From the human T2T-CHM13v2.0 reference genome, Homo sapiens: a DNA stretch of 64,000 nucleotides. Below the pieces are notes generated by a model, which ran no database searches, was not told where the DNA came from, and was given only the letters and a program-made list of their open reading frames with translations. The DNA lies in the NCBI RefSeq assembly GCF_009914755.1, contig NC_060927.1. One strand, given 5' to 3'. The translations under genes and the position numbers were made by a program. Numbering within the stretch: the first letter of the stretch is position 1; every line of letters starts with the position of its first letter. Positions 1 to 15,953 of the stretch are shown here, in pieces.

Positions 1-339
1 GCCTTTACTGTGTGTAAAACAAGATTCTGCAGTTTCTTCCTCTCAGAGACTTTTGAAACCAGGGCTGGGGCCTAAGAACAGAACAAATGTGGCAATGGTA
101 ACGTCAGTGGCTGCTGCTTGGATGGAAGCATCCTTACCCTGAGGGGAGTGGGCCTGGAATACAGATGAGTCAGTGCCTCAGAGCACTGGAACTAGTTGGC
201 TAAGGCGGGATTGAACCAGGAAGAAGAGAGATAGGTTTGTGGTAGTCAATCAAGATAGAAGCTGGACTTGCAAAATGAGCCTTTCAGACTTTATGTAAGG
301 GTAGCAGACAATTAGGAGGCACTATCCTATGAATATCTC

Positions 340-1456
340 ATGACCCAAGTTCTATGGATTCTTCCAAGTCTCATTGAAAAACAAACAAAAATCTTGGCAT
401 GCTTCTGATCCTTCTGGTGACTCAAAGGTGGGAAAATGAAGCTATCAAGGCAAGAGATTATGACAGTTAAGATTTCTTGACTCTTAGCTATTGTGGCTCT
501 ACGGTTTTTGTTTTTTTGTTTTTTGGGTTGTTTTTTTTTTTTTTTTTTTTGAGACGGAGTCTTGCTCTGTCGCCCAGGCTGGAGTGCAGTGGCGCGAGCT
601 CGGCTCACTGCAAGCTTCGCCTCCCGGGTTCACGCCATTCTCCTGCCTCAGCCTCCTGAGTAGCTGGGACTACAGGCGCGCCCGTCATCACACCCGGCTA
701 ATTTTTTGTATTTTTAGTAGAGACGGGGTTTCACCGTGTTAGCCAGGATGGTCTCAATCTCCTGACCTCGTGATCCGCCTGCCTCGGCCTCCCAAAGTGC
801 TGGGATTACAGACGTGAGCCACCACGCCCAGCCCGGCTCTATTTTTTTTTTTTTTAATTTAGCTGAACTGCAATTACAATTCCCAGAATCTCCTTCCTTT
901 TATGGTTCCAAGCTACCAATTGGCCATAAGAAAATTCTGCATGGGGTTAAAAGGCAGTAATACAACAATGGTCATGTTTATGCTTGAAGGGTTGGTGCAG
1001 AGTCAGGATTGGTTGTAGCTCATGCACCTTATCACAGGTATTCTGGCTTGCCTGGTTGGTGTGAGGCAGTAGTCGAGCACTGTTCTTCCAACTCTGGCTA
1101 GGTCTCATCCTTCACCTTCTGTGAACCCTGGGCCAGGATTCTGTTTATCTCCATAAGAGGATTGGCTTCTCCAGCAGATCACTCTCATTAACCAAGCAGG
1201 AAGCATGGAATTGAGTCCCAGATCTCCTCAGAGGTTCCAGCTGGTCCTGCTCTTCCTATTTAACAGCGACTTTTCTTTTTTTGCACAGCAAGCCCTGCTG
1301 ATATCAGGCACAGAACTAGATGCAAACACAGTAGCCCCACATCTACTGTTTCACCAGCTCCCACAATATTAAATGGTAAAATCTCTATGAGAAGCCCCAT
1401 ATTTTCAGTCACTCCTGGAACATTCACTTCTCTGATCAATTCCTGCCTGATGCCAT
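340..1456 (+). mobile_element. Probable ancient ERVL-type LTR relic, interrupted by the AluY
   Basis: The 3' end (...ttcacttctctgatcaattcctgcctgatgcca) resembles ERVL LTR termini as I recall them; highly diverged, boundaries approximate. Confidence 0.3.
502..833 (-). mobile_element. AluY, full length
   Basis: T-rich tail 505-550, then a complete Alu dimer with AluY diagnostics (gggttcacgccattctcc, accgtgttagccaggatggtctc); TSD ggctcta at 495-501 and 835-841. Confidence 0.95.
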
Positions 1457-4400
1457 GGACAAAAAAAAAAGGTTTCGATTTCACAACTTTGGGCAAGAGG
1501 CATTTCAGCCTGCTTTGGCCTGATTGTACTTGTGCTGCTATATGGGGGTATGGGTGTGGACAGGTGGGGTTAAGGTAAGAATGGTGATTCATGAGGGGAA
1601 GATTCTCCAAGGGGTGTCCCTTGTGTGAATACAGCAACATTACTAAAATAATATAAAAACACTCTACGGGGAAATGAGAAGTGAGGAAGGTAAAGGGAGC
1701 AGACTGGGGACAAATTGGAGAGTCTACCTCTTTAAGAGGAGGCAGCAAATCTGAAACCCACTGTTATTAGGTGAGAAGAATGACATTCAGATTGCTGGAT
1801 CTGATTTCATAAAAGGTTGGAAATTGAAGTTCTTATACAAAATTTCCCATTTTTTTAATTGATTTTATTTAATTTTTAATTGTTATGGGTACACAGTAGG
1901 TGTATATATTTATGGGATACATGTTTTGATAAAGGCATGCAATGGAGTAATCACATCATATGGGGTACATCTTTTGATAAAGGCATCCAATAATAATAAC
2001 ATCAGGGTAAATAAGGTATCTTTCACTTCAGGAATTTATCATTTTTTTGTGTTAGAAACATTCCATTTCCACTCTTTTAGTTATTTTAAATGTACAATAA
2101 ATTATTGTTGACTGTAGTCACCCTGTTGTGCTATCAAATACTAGGTCTTATTCATTCCTTCTACTATATTTTTGCACCTATTAATCATCAGAAAATCCTC
2201 CAAGTCCCCCGTTACCCTTCCAAGCCTCTGGTAGCCATGATTCTACTCTCTATCTCCAAGAGTTCAATTGTTTTAATTTTTAGCTCCCACATATGAGAAC
2301 ATGCAAAATTTGTTTTTCTGTGCCTGGCTTATTTTGCTTAACATAATGTCCTCCAGTTCCATCCATGTTTTTGCAAATGATAGGATTTCATTATTTCTTA
2401 TGGCCAAATAATATTATATTGTGCATATATATCATGTTTTCTTTATTAATTCATCTGTTGATGGACACTTAGGTTGATTTCAAATCTTTCTATTGTGAAT
2501 AATGCTGCAATAAACATAGGAGTGCAGATATTTTTTGATATAATAATTTCCTTTCTTTGGGATATATACCTAGCACTGAGATTGCTATGTTATATGATAG
2601 TTTTCTTTTTTTTATAATTTTTTGAGGAAACTCAATACTGTTCTCCATAGTAGCTGTATTAATGTATGTTCCCACCAACAGTGTGTGAGTATTCTCCTTT
2701 TTCCATATTCTTGCCATGATTCCTCAGTCTGTCTTTTTGATACAAGCCATTTTAACAGGAATAAGATAACACATTTCAGTTTTGATTTGCATTTCTCTGA
2801 TGATTAATAATGCTAGCATGTTTTTATATACCTGTTAACCATTTGTATGTCTTCTTTTGAGAAATGTCTATTTGGGCCTTTTGCCCATTTTTAATCAGAT
2901 TATTAGATTTTTTTCCTATTGAGTTATTTAAGCTCCTTGTAGAGTCTGGTTATTAATTTCTTGCCAAATGGTTAGCTTGCAAATGTTTTCTCCTATTCTG
3001 GGGATTGCCTCTTCACTTTGTTGATTGTTTCCTTTGCTGTGCAGAAGCTTTTTAGCTTGCTGTGATCCTGTTTGTCAATTTTTGCTTTGGTTGCCTGGGC
3101 TTGTGAACCATTACTCATGAAACCTTTGCCCACTCCAATGCCCTGGAGAGTTTCCCCAATGTTTTCTTTTAGTGGTTTCATAGTTTTAGCTCTTAGACTT
3201 AAATCTTTAATCCATTTTGATTAGATTTTTATATATAGTGAGAGAGAGGGGTCTATTCATTCTTCCATGTATGGATATCCAGTTTTCCTAGTACTATTTA
3301 TTGAAGAGACTGTCCCTTCCCCAGTGTATGTTCTTGGAAACTTTGTCAAAAATGAGTTCGCTGTAGGTAAGTGTATTTATTTCTGGGTTCTCCATTCTGT
3401 TCCTTTGATCTATGTGTCTGTTTTTATGATAGTACCATGCTGTTTTGGTTACTACAACTCTGTAATATAATTTAAAATCAGGTAATGTGATTCCTCCAGC
3501 TTTGTTCTTTTTGCTCAGGATAGCATTGACTATTCTGGGCCTTTTGTGGTACCATATAAATATTAGGATGTTTTTTGTCTTTCTATGAAGAATGTTATTG
3601 GTATTCTGACAGGGATTGCATTGAATCTGTAGATTGCCTTGTGTAGAATAGACAGTATAACAATATTGATTTTTCCATTTCATGAACATGGAATATTTTT
3701 CGATTTCTCTGTGTCCTCTTCAATTTCTTGCATCAACGTTTTATAGTTTTCATTGTGGAGATCTTTCCTGTTTTGGTTAAGTTTATACCTTGAAATTTTA
3801 TTTTATTTATAGCTATTTTTAATGGGGTTACTGTCTTAGTTTTTTTTTCAGATTATTTGCTTTTGGCATATAGAAAAGTTACTGATTTTTATGTGTTCAT
3901 TTTGTATCCTGCAATTTTACCCAATTTGTTTATCAGTTCTAATAGTTTTCTGGTGGAGTCTTTAGGTTTTTCCAAGTATAAGATCATATTATCTGCAAAC
4001 AAGGATAACTTGACTTCTTTTATTCCAATTTGGTTGTGCTTTATATCTTCTCTTGTCTAGCTGATCTAGCTAAGACTTCCAGTACTATGTTGAATAACAG
4101 CAGTTAAAGTGTGCATCCTTGTCATATTCCAGATCTTAGAGGAAAGACTTCATGTATTCCACATTTGATACTAGCTTTGGGTCAGTTATGTATGTCTTTT
4201 ATTGTGTTGGGGTATGTTCCTTCTAGAGCCATCTTTTTGAAGGTTTTTATCCTGAAGAGATGTTGAATTTTATTGAATGCTTTTTCAGCATTGATTGAAA
4301 TTATCATATGTTTTTTGTCCTTCATTCTGTTCATATGATGTATCGTATTGATTGAGTCACATATGTTGTAACATTCTTGCAGCCCTGGTATAAATCTTAC

Positions 4401-6405
4401 TTTGTTGTGATGAATGATTCTTTTATTGTGTTGTTTAATTTGGTTTGCTAGTATTTTGTTCAGAATGTTTGCATTAATGTTCATCAGCGATATTGGCATA
4501 TAGTTTCTTTCTTGTTGTGTCTTTGTCTGGTTTTGTTATCAGGGTAATACTGCCCTCATAGAATAGGTTTGGAAGTGTTCCCCCCTCCTCTATTTTTTGC
4601 AATAGTTTGGGTAGGGTTGGTATTGGCTCTTCTTTAAATTATTGGTAAAATTCAGTAGTGAAACCATTGGGATCCAGAATTTTCTTTGATGTGAGACTTT
4701 TTATTATAGCATTCATCTCATTACTTGTCATTGGTGTATTTAGGTTTTGAATTTCTTCATGATTCAGTCTTGGGAGGTTTTATGTATCTAGGGATTTATT
4801 TATTTATTCTAAGTTTTTCAATTTATTGGGATATAGCTGCTCATAGTTGTTGCTTCTAATGATCCTTTGAATTTCTGCAGTATCAGTTGTAATGTCTCAT
4901 TTTTCATCTCTGATTTTGTTTGTTTCTTTCTTTTGCTCTTCATTTGAATAAAAGTAGCCTTGCAAAAACTTGACTTTTCATGTTTTTCATCTTTCATATT
5001 TTTGTTACAATTTTAGCTATTTGTTCTCTGATATTTATTACTTCTTTTATTTACCAATGTTCAGTTTGGATTGCTCTTGCTTTCTAGTTCTTTAAGATGC
5101 ATCATTAGCTTGTTTATTTGAGGTTTTTCTACTTTTTTAATGCAGGTACTTACTGCTATAAACTTTCCTTTTAGCAATGCTTTTGCTGTATCCCATGGGT
5201 TTTAGTATGCTGTGTTTCCATTTTCATTTGTTTAAAGAAATTTGCTTTATAATTTCTTTATTGACTCACTCCTCATTCAGAAGCATACAGTTTATTTATA
5301 TATGCTTGTATAGTTTTCAAAGTTCCTCTTCTTGTTGATTTATACTTTTATTCCACTGTGGTCAGACAAATTACTTAATAAGATTTCAATTTTTTTTAGT
5401 TTTTAAAGTCTTTTTCTGTGACTTAACATATGGTCTATTCTCAAGAATGATCCATGTGCTGCGAAGAATTTGTATTTTGCAACCATTGGATGAAATGTTC
5501 TCCAAATATCTATTGGGTCCATGTGGTCTATAGTGCAGATTAAGTTTAGTTTTTCTTTGCTGATTTTCTATATGTCCAATGCTGACAGTGGGGTGTTTAG
5601 TTCTCCAGCTATTATTGTTTTGAGGTCTAACTCTCTTTAGCTCTAATAAAATTTGCTTTATATATCTCGGTGCTCCAGTGTTGTATACATATATATTTAA
5701 AATTGTTATTTCCTCTTGCTGAATTGACCCCTTAATCATTATGCAATTACCTTGTCTCTTTTTACAGTATTTATATTAAAATATATTTTATCTAATGTAA
5801 GTATAGCTACTCCAGCTTTTTATATTTTTGGTTTTCATTTGCATGTTATATATTTTTAATTCCTTTATTTTTAGTCTGTGTGTCTTCAGAGGTGAAGTGA
5901 GTTTCTTGTAGGCAGCATATATTTGGGTCTTTTTTTTTTTAATCCATTGAGCCATTTTATGTCCCTTGATTAGAGAATTCAGTTCATTTACATTCAGTGT
6001 TCTTACTGATAGGTAGGAATTTACTACTTTCATTTTGTTATTTGTTCTCTAGTTGTTTTATGGCCTTCTTCCTTCCTGCCTTCCTTCCTGTCTTCGTTTG
6101 TGGAAAAGTGATTTTTCTCTGGTGGTATGTTTTAATTTCCTGCTTTTCATATTTCGTGTATTTACTTTTTATTTATTTATCTATTTACTTATTTATTTAT
6201 TTAGGGCCACCACAATGCTTGCAAATTATATCTTATAAGCCACTATTTTAAACTGATGACAATTTAACTCTGATTCTAAGAGAAAAAACAAGCAAAGAGA
6301 AAACTAACAAAAACTGTGTAATTCAACTTCATCACCCTACTATTTAACTTCTTGTTTCTATTTGTCATTTTTGCTATTTTTGAAAAAGCTTTTGTAGTTA
6401 TTATT

Positions 6406-6700
6406 ATTATTTTTTTTTGAGACAGGTTCTCACTCTGTTGCCCGGGCTGGAGTGCGGTAGCATGATCTCAGCTCACCGCAACCTCCGCCTCACAGGTGCA
6501 AGTGATTCTCCTGCCTCAGCCTCCTGAGTAGCTGGGATTACAGGTGCACTCCACCATGCCCAGATAATCTTTGTATTTTTAGTAGAGACAGGGTTTCACC
6601 ATGTTGGCCAGCCTTGTCTCAAACTCCTGACCTCAAGCAATCTGCCTACCTTGGCCTCCCAAGGTGCTGGGATTACAGGCATGAGGCACTGTGCCTGGCC
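6406..6700 (-). mobile_element. Alu (older AluS/AluJb type) nested in the L1MA
   Basis: Complete dimer with CpG decay; TSD tagttattatt at 6395-6405 and 6701-6711. Confidence 0.93.
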
Positions 6701-7577
6701 TAGTTATTATTCTTGATAGACTGGTCTTTTAGTCTTCATACTCAAGACATAAGTAATTTACACACCACAATTGCAATGTTAGTGTATTCTGTGTTTGTCT
6801 GTGCACTTACTGTTATCAGTGAGTTTTGTGCCCACAGATAATTTCTTATTGCTTGATAACACCCTTTTCTTTCAGATTGAAGAACTTTCTTTAGCATTTC
6901 CTGTGAGACAGGTCTGTGTTGATGAAATTCCTCAGCTTTTGTTTGTCTCAGAAAGTGTTTATTTCTGCTTCCTGTTTGAAGGATGTGTTGGATATATTAT
7001 TGGATATAATATCCTAAGACAAGATTTTTTCCTTCTGCACTTTGCATATGTCATGCCGCTCTCTCCTTGCCTGTAAGGTTGTCACTGAAAAGTTTGCTGC
7101 CAGACATTGGAGCTCCTTTGTATGTTATTTGTTTCTTTTCTGTTGATGCTTTAGTGTCCTTATCCTTGACCTTAGGGAATTTGATTATTAATTATCTTAT
7201 TTAGGTTACATGTGCTTGATGTTCTATGGCTTTCTTGTACTTAAATATTGATATCTCTCTCTGGATTTGAAAAGTTCTGTGTTATTATTTCTGAATAAAC
7301 TTCCTACCCCAGTCTCTCTTTCTATTTCCTCTTTAAAGCCAGTATCTCTTAGATTTGTCCTTCTGAGGCTATTTTCTAGATCTTGTAAGTGTGTTCCATT
7401 CTTTTTTCTTTTTTCTCCTCTGACTGTATTTTCAAGTAGGCTGTCTTCTGTCTTCAGCCTCGGTATTTATTCTGCTTGATTAGATCTGCTGTTGAGAGAC
7501 TCTAATGCATTTTTCAGTTTGTCAATTGAATGTTTAAGTTCCAGAGTATCTGCTTGACTTTTTAAAAATTTCAATCT

Positions 7578-7713
7578 CGAGCTTTGCCCTCCCCCTCCTG
7601 AGTGTTAGTGTGCCCAGGAACATAATTACGACTCAAGACATCCTTTCCTTGGGATTTTGAAAGTATGCAGTATTACAGATAAGAAGATGAGAAGTCTTTC
7701 TGGTCACCAAATT
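7578..7713 (+). other. Non-L1 segment inside the L1PA3 insertion; putative 5' transduction
   Basis: Lies between the left TSD (aaaaatttcaatct, 7564-7577) and the L1 5' UTR start (aagatggcc, 7714); I see no similarity to L1 or to the host L1MA. Confidence 0.8.
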
Positions 7714-8154
7714 AAGATGGCCAAATAGGAACAGCTCCAATCTACAGCTCTCAGGGTGAGCAACGCAGAAGACGGGTGATTTCTGCATTTCCATCTGAGG
7801 TACCGGGTTCATCTCACTAGGGAGTGCCAGACAGTGGGCGCAGGTCAGTGGGTGCAGCACACCTTGCACGAGCCAAAGCGGGGCGAGGCATTGCCTCACT
7901 CGGGAAGCACAAGGGGTCAGGGAGTTCCCTTTCCTAGTCAAAGAAAGGGGTGAAAGACAGCACCTGGAAAATTGGGTCACTCCCACCCGAGTACTGAGCT
8001 TTTCCGACGGGCTTAAAAGACGGTGCACCACGAGATTATATCCCGCACCTGGCTCGGAGGGTCCTACGCCCACGGAGTCTTGCTGATTGCTAGCACAGCA
8101 GTCTGAGATCAAACTGCAAGGAGGCAGCGAGGCTGGGGGAGGTGCGCCCGCCAT
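7633..8154 (-). CDS. L1 antisense ORF0-like frame (173 aa from the ORF0 ATG), open across the L1 5' end
   Basis: Begins MAGAPPPASLPPCSLISDCCASN (primate L1 ORF0 N-terminus) at 8154; no stop until 7633; expression not shown. Confidence 0.4.
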   Translation of the reverse strand: MAGAPPPASLPPCSLISDCCASNQQDSVGVGPSEPGAGYNLVVHRLLSPSEKLSTRVGVTQFSRCCLSPLSLTRKGNSLTPCASRVRQCLAPLWLVQGVLHPLTCAHCLALPSEMNPVPQMEMQKSPVFCVAHPESCRLELFLFGHLNLVTRKTSHLLICNTAYFQNPKERMS

Positions 8155-8733
8155 TGCCCAGGCTTGCTTAGGTAAACAAAGCAGCCAGGAAGCTCGAACT
8201 GGGTGGAGCCCACCACAGCTCAAGGAGGCCTGCCTGCCTCTGTAGGCTCCACCTCTGGGGGCAGGGCACAGACAAACAAAAAGACGGCAGTAACCTCTAC
8301 AAGCTTAAATGTCCCTGTCTGACAGCTTTGAAGAGAGCAGTGGTTCTCCCAGCACGCAGCTGGAGATCTGAGAATGGGCAGACTGCCTCCTCAAGTGAGT
8401 GCCTGACCCCTGACCCCTGAGCAGCCTAACTGGGAGGCACCCCCCAGTAGGGGCAGACTGACACTTCACACGGCCAGGTACACCTCTGAGACAAAACTTC
8501 CAGAGGAACGATCAGACAGCAGCATTCGCGGTTCACGAAAAACCGCTGTTCTACAAACACAGCTGCTGATACCCAGGCAAACAGGGTCTGGAGTGGACCT
8601 CTAGCAAACTCCAACAGACCTGCCGCTGAGGGTCCTGTCTGTTAGAAGGAAAACAAACAGAAAGGACATCCACACCAAAAACCCATCTGTACATCACCAT
8701 CATCAAAGACCAAAAGTAGATAAAACTACAAAG

Positions 8734-9745
8734 ATGGGGGAAAAACAGCAGAAAAGCTGGAAACTCTGAAAAGCGGAGCACGTCTCCTCCTCCAAAGGAA
8801 TGCAGTTCCTCACCAGCAATGGAACAAAGCTGGACAGAGAATGACTTTGACGAGTTCAGAGAAGAAGGCTTCAGACGATCAAACTACGAGCCACAGGAGG
8901 AAATTCAAACCAAAGGCAAAGAAGTTAAAAACTTTGAAAAGAATTTAGACGAATGTATAACTAGAATAACCAATACAGAGAAGTGCTTAAAGGATCTGAT
9001 GGAGCTGAAAGCCAAGGTTCGAGAACTACGTGAAGAATGCAGAAGCCTCAGGAGCCGATGTGATCAACTGGAAGAAAGGGTATCAGCGATGGAAGATGAA
9101 ATGAATGAAACGAAGAGAGAAGGGAAGTTTAGAGAAAAATGAATAAAAAGAAATGAACAAAGCCTCCAAGAAATACGGGACTATGTGAAAAGACCAAATC
9201 TACGTCTGATTGGTGTACCTGAAAGTCATGGGGAGAATGGAACCAAGTTGGAAAACACTCTGCAGGATATTATCCAGGAGAACTTCCCCAATCTAGCAAG
9301 GCAGGGCAATGTTCAGATTCAGGAAATACAGAGAACGCCACAAAGATACTCCTTGAGAACAGCAACTCCAAGACACATAATTGTCAGATTCACCAAAGTT
9401 GAAATGAAGGAAAAATTGTTAAGGGCAGCCAGAGAGAAAGATCGGGTTACCCTCAAAGGGAAGCCCATCAGACTAACAGCGGATCTCTCGGCAGAAACTC
9501 TACAAGCCAGAAGACAGTTGGGGCCGATATTAAACATTCTTAAAGGAAAGAATTTTCAACCCAGAATTTCATATCCAGCCAAACTAAGCTTCATAAGAGA
9601 AGGAGAAATAAAATACTTTACAAACAAGCAAATGCTGAGAGATTTTGTCACCACCAGGCCTGCCCTAAAAGAGCTCCTGAAGGAAGCACTAAACATGGAA
9701 AGGAACAACCGGTACCAGCCGCTGCAAAATCATGCCAAAATGTAA
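8734..9745 (+). pseudogene. L1 ORF1p (RNA chaperone), disrupted
   Basis: ATG at 8734 with an early frameshift and premature TGA at 9140-9142; fragments 8819-9142 and 9185-9745 translate to ORF1p (RPNLRLIGVPE, YPAKLSF). Confidence 0.93.
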
Positions 9746-9808
9746 AGACCATCGAGACTAGGAAGAAATTGCATCAACTAACGAGCAAAATAACCAGCTA
9801 ACATTATA

Positions 9809-13636
<3,828 letters not shown>

Positions 13637-15547
13637 ATAATGAGAACATATGGACACAGGAAGGGGAATATCACACTCTGGGGACTGTTGTGGGGTTGGG
13701 GGAGTGGGGAGGGATAGTATTGGGAGATATACCTAATGCTAGATGACGAGTTAGTGGGTGCAGCGCACCAGCATGGCGCATGTATACATATGTAACTAAC
13801 CTGCACATTGTGCGCATGTACCCTAAAACTTAAAGTATAATAAAAAAAAAAAGTCACCAAAAAAAAAAATTTCAATCTTTGTTAACTTTCTTTGATAGGA
13901 TTCTTAATTCCTTCTCCGTGTTATTTTGAACTTTATTGAGCTTCCTTGAAATAGCTATTTTGAATCCTCTGTTCTGAAATGTTACATATGCCTGTCCTTC
14001 TGGGATTGGTCCCTGGTACCTTATTTTAGTTCAGTTGATGAGGTCATGTTGTCCTGGATGGTCTTGATGCTTGTGGATGTTCAGAATGTCTGGGCTTTGA
14101 AGAGTTTGGTATTTATTCTTATCTTTGCAGTCTGGGCTTATTTGTACCATCCTCCTTGAGAAGCATTCCAGGTATTCAAAAGGAATTGAGTGTTGTGATC
14201 TAAGTTTTTGGTCACTACAGCTGTATCTGCACTAGTGGGCACCCCAAGCCCAGTAATGTTGCAACTCTTGCAGAATCATATAAGTATCACCTTGGTGGGC
14301 TTGGATAAAGTCTGGAGAAACTTTCTTGATTACCAGGCAGAGTCTCTTGTCCTCATCCCTCAGTTTCCCCCAAACAAATGGAGTCTTGCCATGTTGAACT
14401 GGAGTTGGTGAAGGGTGATGCAAGCAATCCTGTGTCCACCACAGCTGGGACTGTGCCAGGTCATTCCTGAAGCCAGTATGGTACTGAGTCTTTCCTAAGG
14501 CCTGTGATGACTACTGCCTGGCTACTGCTGATGTTTATTCCAGGTCTAAGGGCTCTTTAGTCAGAAAGTGGTGAATACTACCAAGACTGGATCTTTCTCT
14601 TTAGGGCAGTGGATTCCCTTCTGTCCCAGGGTGTGTCTAGAAATTCCATCAAGGAGCTAGGGCCTGGAATCAGAGGCTTCAGGTGCTTGCTGCCTTATTT
14701 ATTGTGGCTAAGCTTGCATCCAAGTTGCAAGACAAAGTCCTCTTTACTCTTTTACTCTTTACTCTACTATCCTCAGGCAGAAGGAGTCTTTCCCTGAGCT
14801 GCACTTCCTGGGGTTGGAGGAGGGGTGATACAGGAACTCCCTTGGCCACCCCATCTGGTGTCTCACTGGGTCACATTCACCCCAAGTCCACTGGCTCTGA
14901 GCCCAGTGCAGCACAAGGACTTGCCAAAGTTCTGCAGTCCTTGTGGACTGCCTTTAATATTTATTCAGGACTCCATGGCACTTTAGTTTCTGGTGGTGGG
15001 GCTAGGCAGAACTCAGGTTCTTGCCACTGGAGTGGAGGAGTACCCTCTGGCTGGGACTGGTTTAAATGCTTCTTCCATGGTCACTGGACAAATTCTGCCC
15101 TGTGCTGTGTTCCACTGTGACAGGGCAGGACTGAGTTTCAATACCAGTTCCCACAATCATGTCTCTCTCCCTCACCCAAGCATACAGATTCTCTCTTCAT
15201 GAGCTGTCAAAAGATGAGGACAGAGTGGTGTAGGCAATGCAAGACTGTCCTTCCTGCCCACTTCAGTGCCTCTTCCCTTGATATAATGTTAGAATCAGGT
15301 ACCGTGATCGCTTACCTGATTTTTGTATCTTATGAAGATGCTTTCTTGTGGGGATAGTTGTTAAATTTGGTATTACTGCATGGGAAGAATTGCTGGATTG
15401 TTCTATTTGGCCATCTTGCTTCCCCCAAATTTCCCAATTTTAAGTGCCTATAACAAAAACAGCAAAGTAATAATAACTTGAGAGAAAAAAAAATCAATGT
15501 CTAAACTGAACAGATTCTGTCTATAGGCCAGATTTGGTCCAGTGTAA

Positions 15548-15705
15548 GCAGGAACTCCAGTCAAATTATCTGGGTTCCAATTTTTGCTCCAGGATGTACT
15601 AGATATGTAACCTCACATGAGTTAGTTCTGTTCCTCAGTCCTTAACATATAAAGTGAAACAAATAGCACCAACCTCCTACAATGTTTATGAGATGAAATG
15701 AGTTT
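15548..15705 (+). mobile_element. MIR relic
   Basis: Core-like ctgggttccaat...ttcctcagt...gagatgaaatgag. Confidence 0.55.
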
Positions 15706-15912
15706 CTAATATATTTCCATGTTTCTAAGACACCACTGAATATAAGATGCATCATTTTTTTATGTGCCCCTAAGAACGAAAAGATGGCTGCTAATTAACC
15801 TATGACACAATGCTTTCTTATCACTCGGAATTGTTGTTTTATAATTATTTAAACAGCTCTTTCAGAGTTATTTTCACAGTAATTTTTATCATATGTCACT
15901 CATGGGCATATA

Positions 15913-15915
15913 TGT

Positions 15916-15949
<34 letters not shown>
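15913..15949. repeat. (TG)n microsatellite
   Basis: 14 uninterrupted TG units at 15921-15948 plus an interrupted 5' part. Confidence 0.95.

Positions 15950-15953
<4 letters not shown>

Noticed and set aside
327-742. ORFs overlapping Alus (also 22280-22543, 25847-26162, 26332-26668)
   Set aside because: Typical Alu and poly-A translation artefacts
1260-1748. 162-aa minus-strand ORF
   Set aside because: Non-ATG start, no recognisable domain, and it overlaps a probable LTR relic
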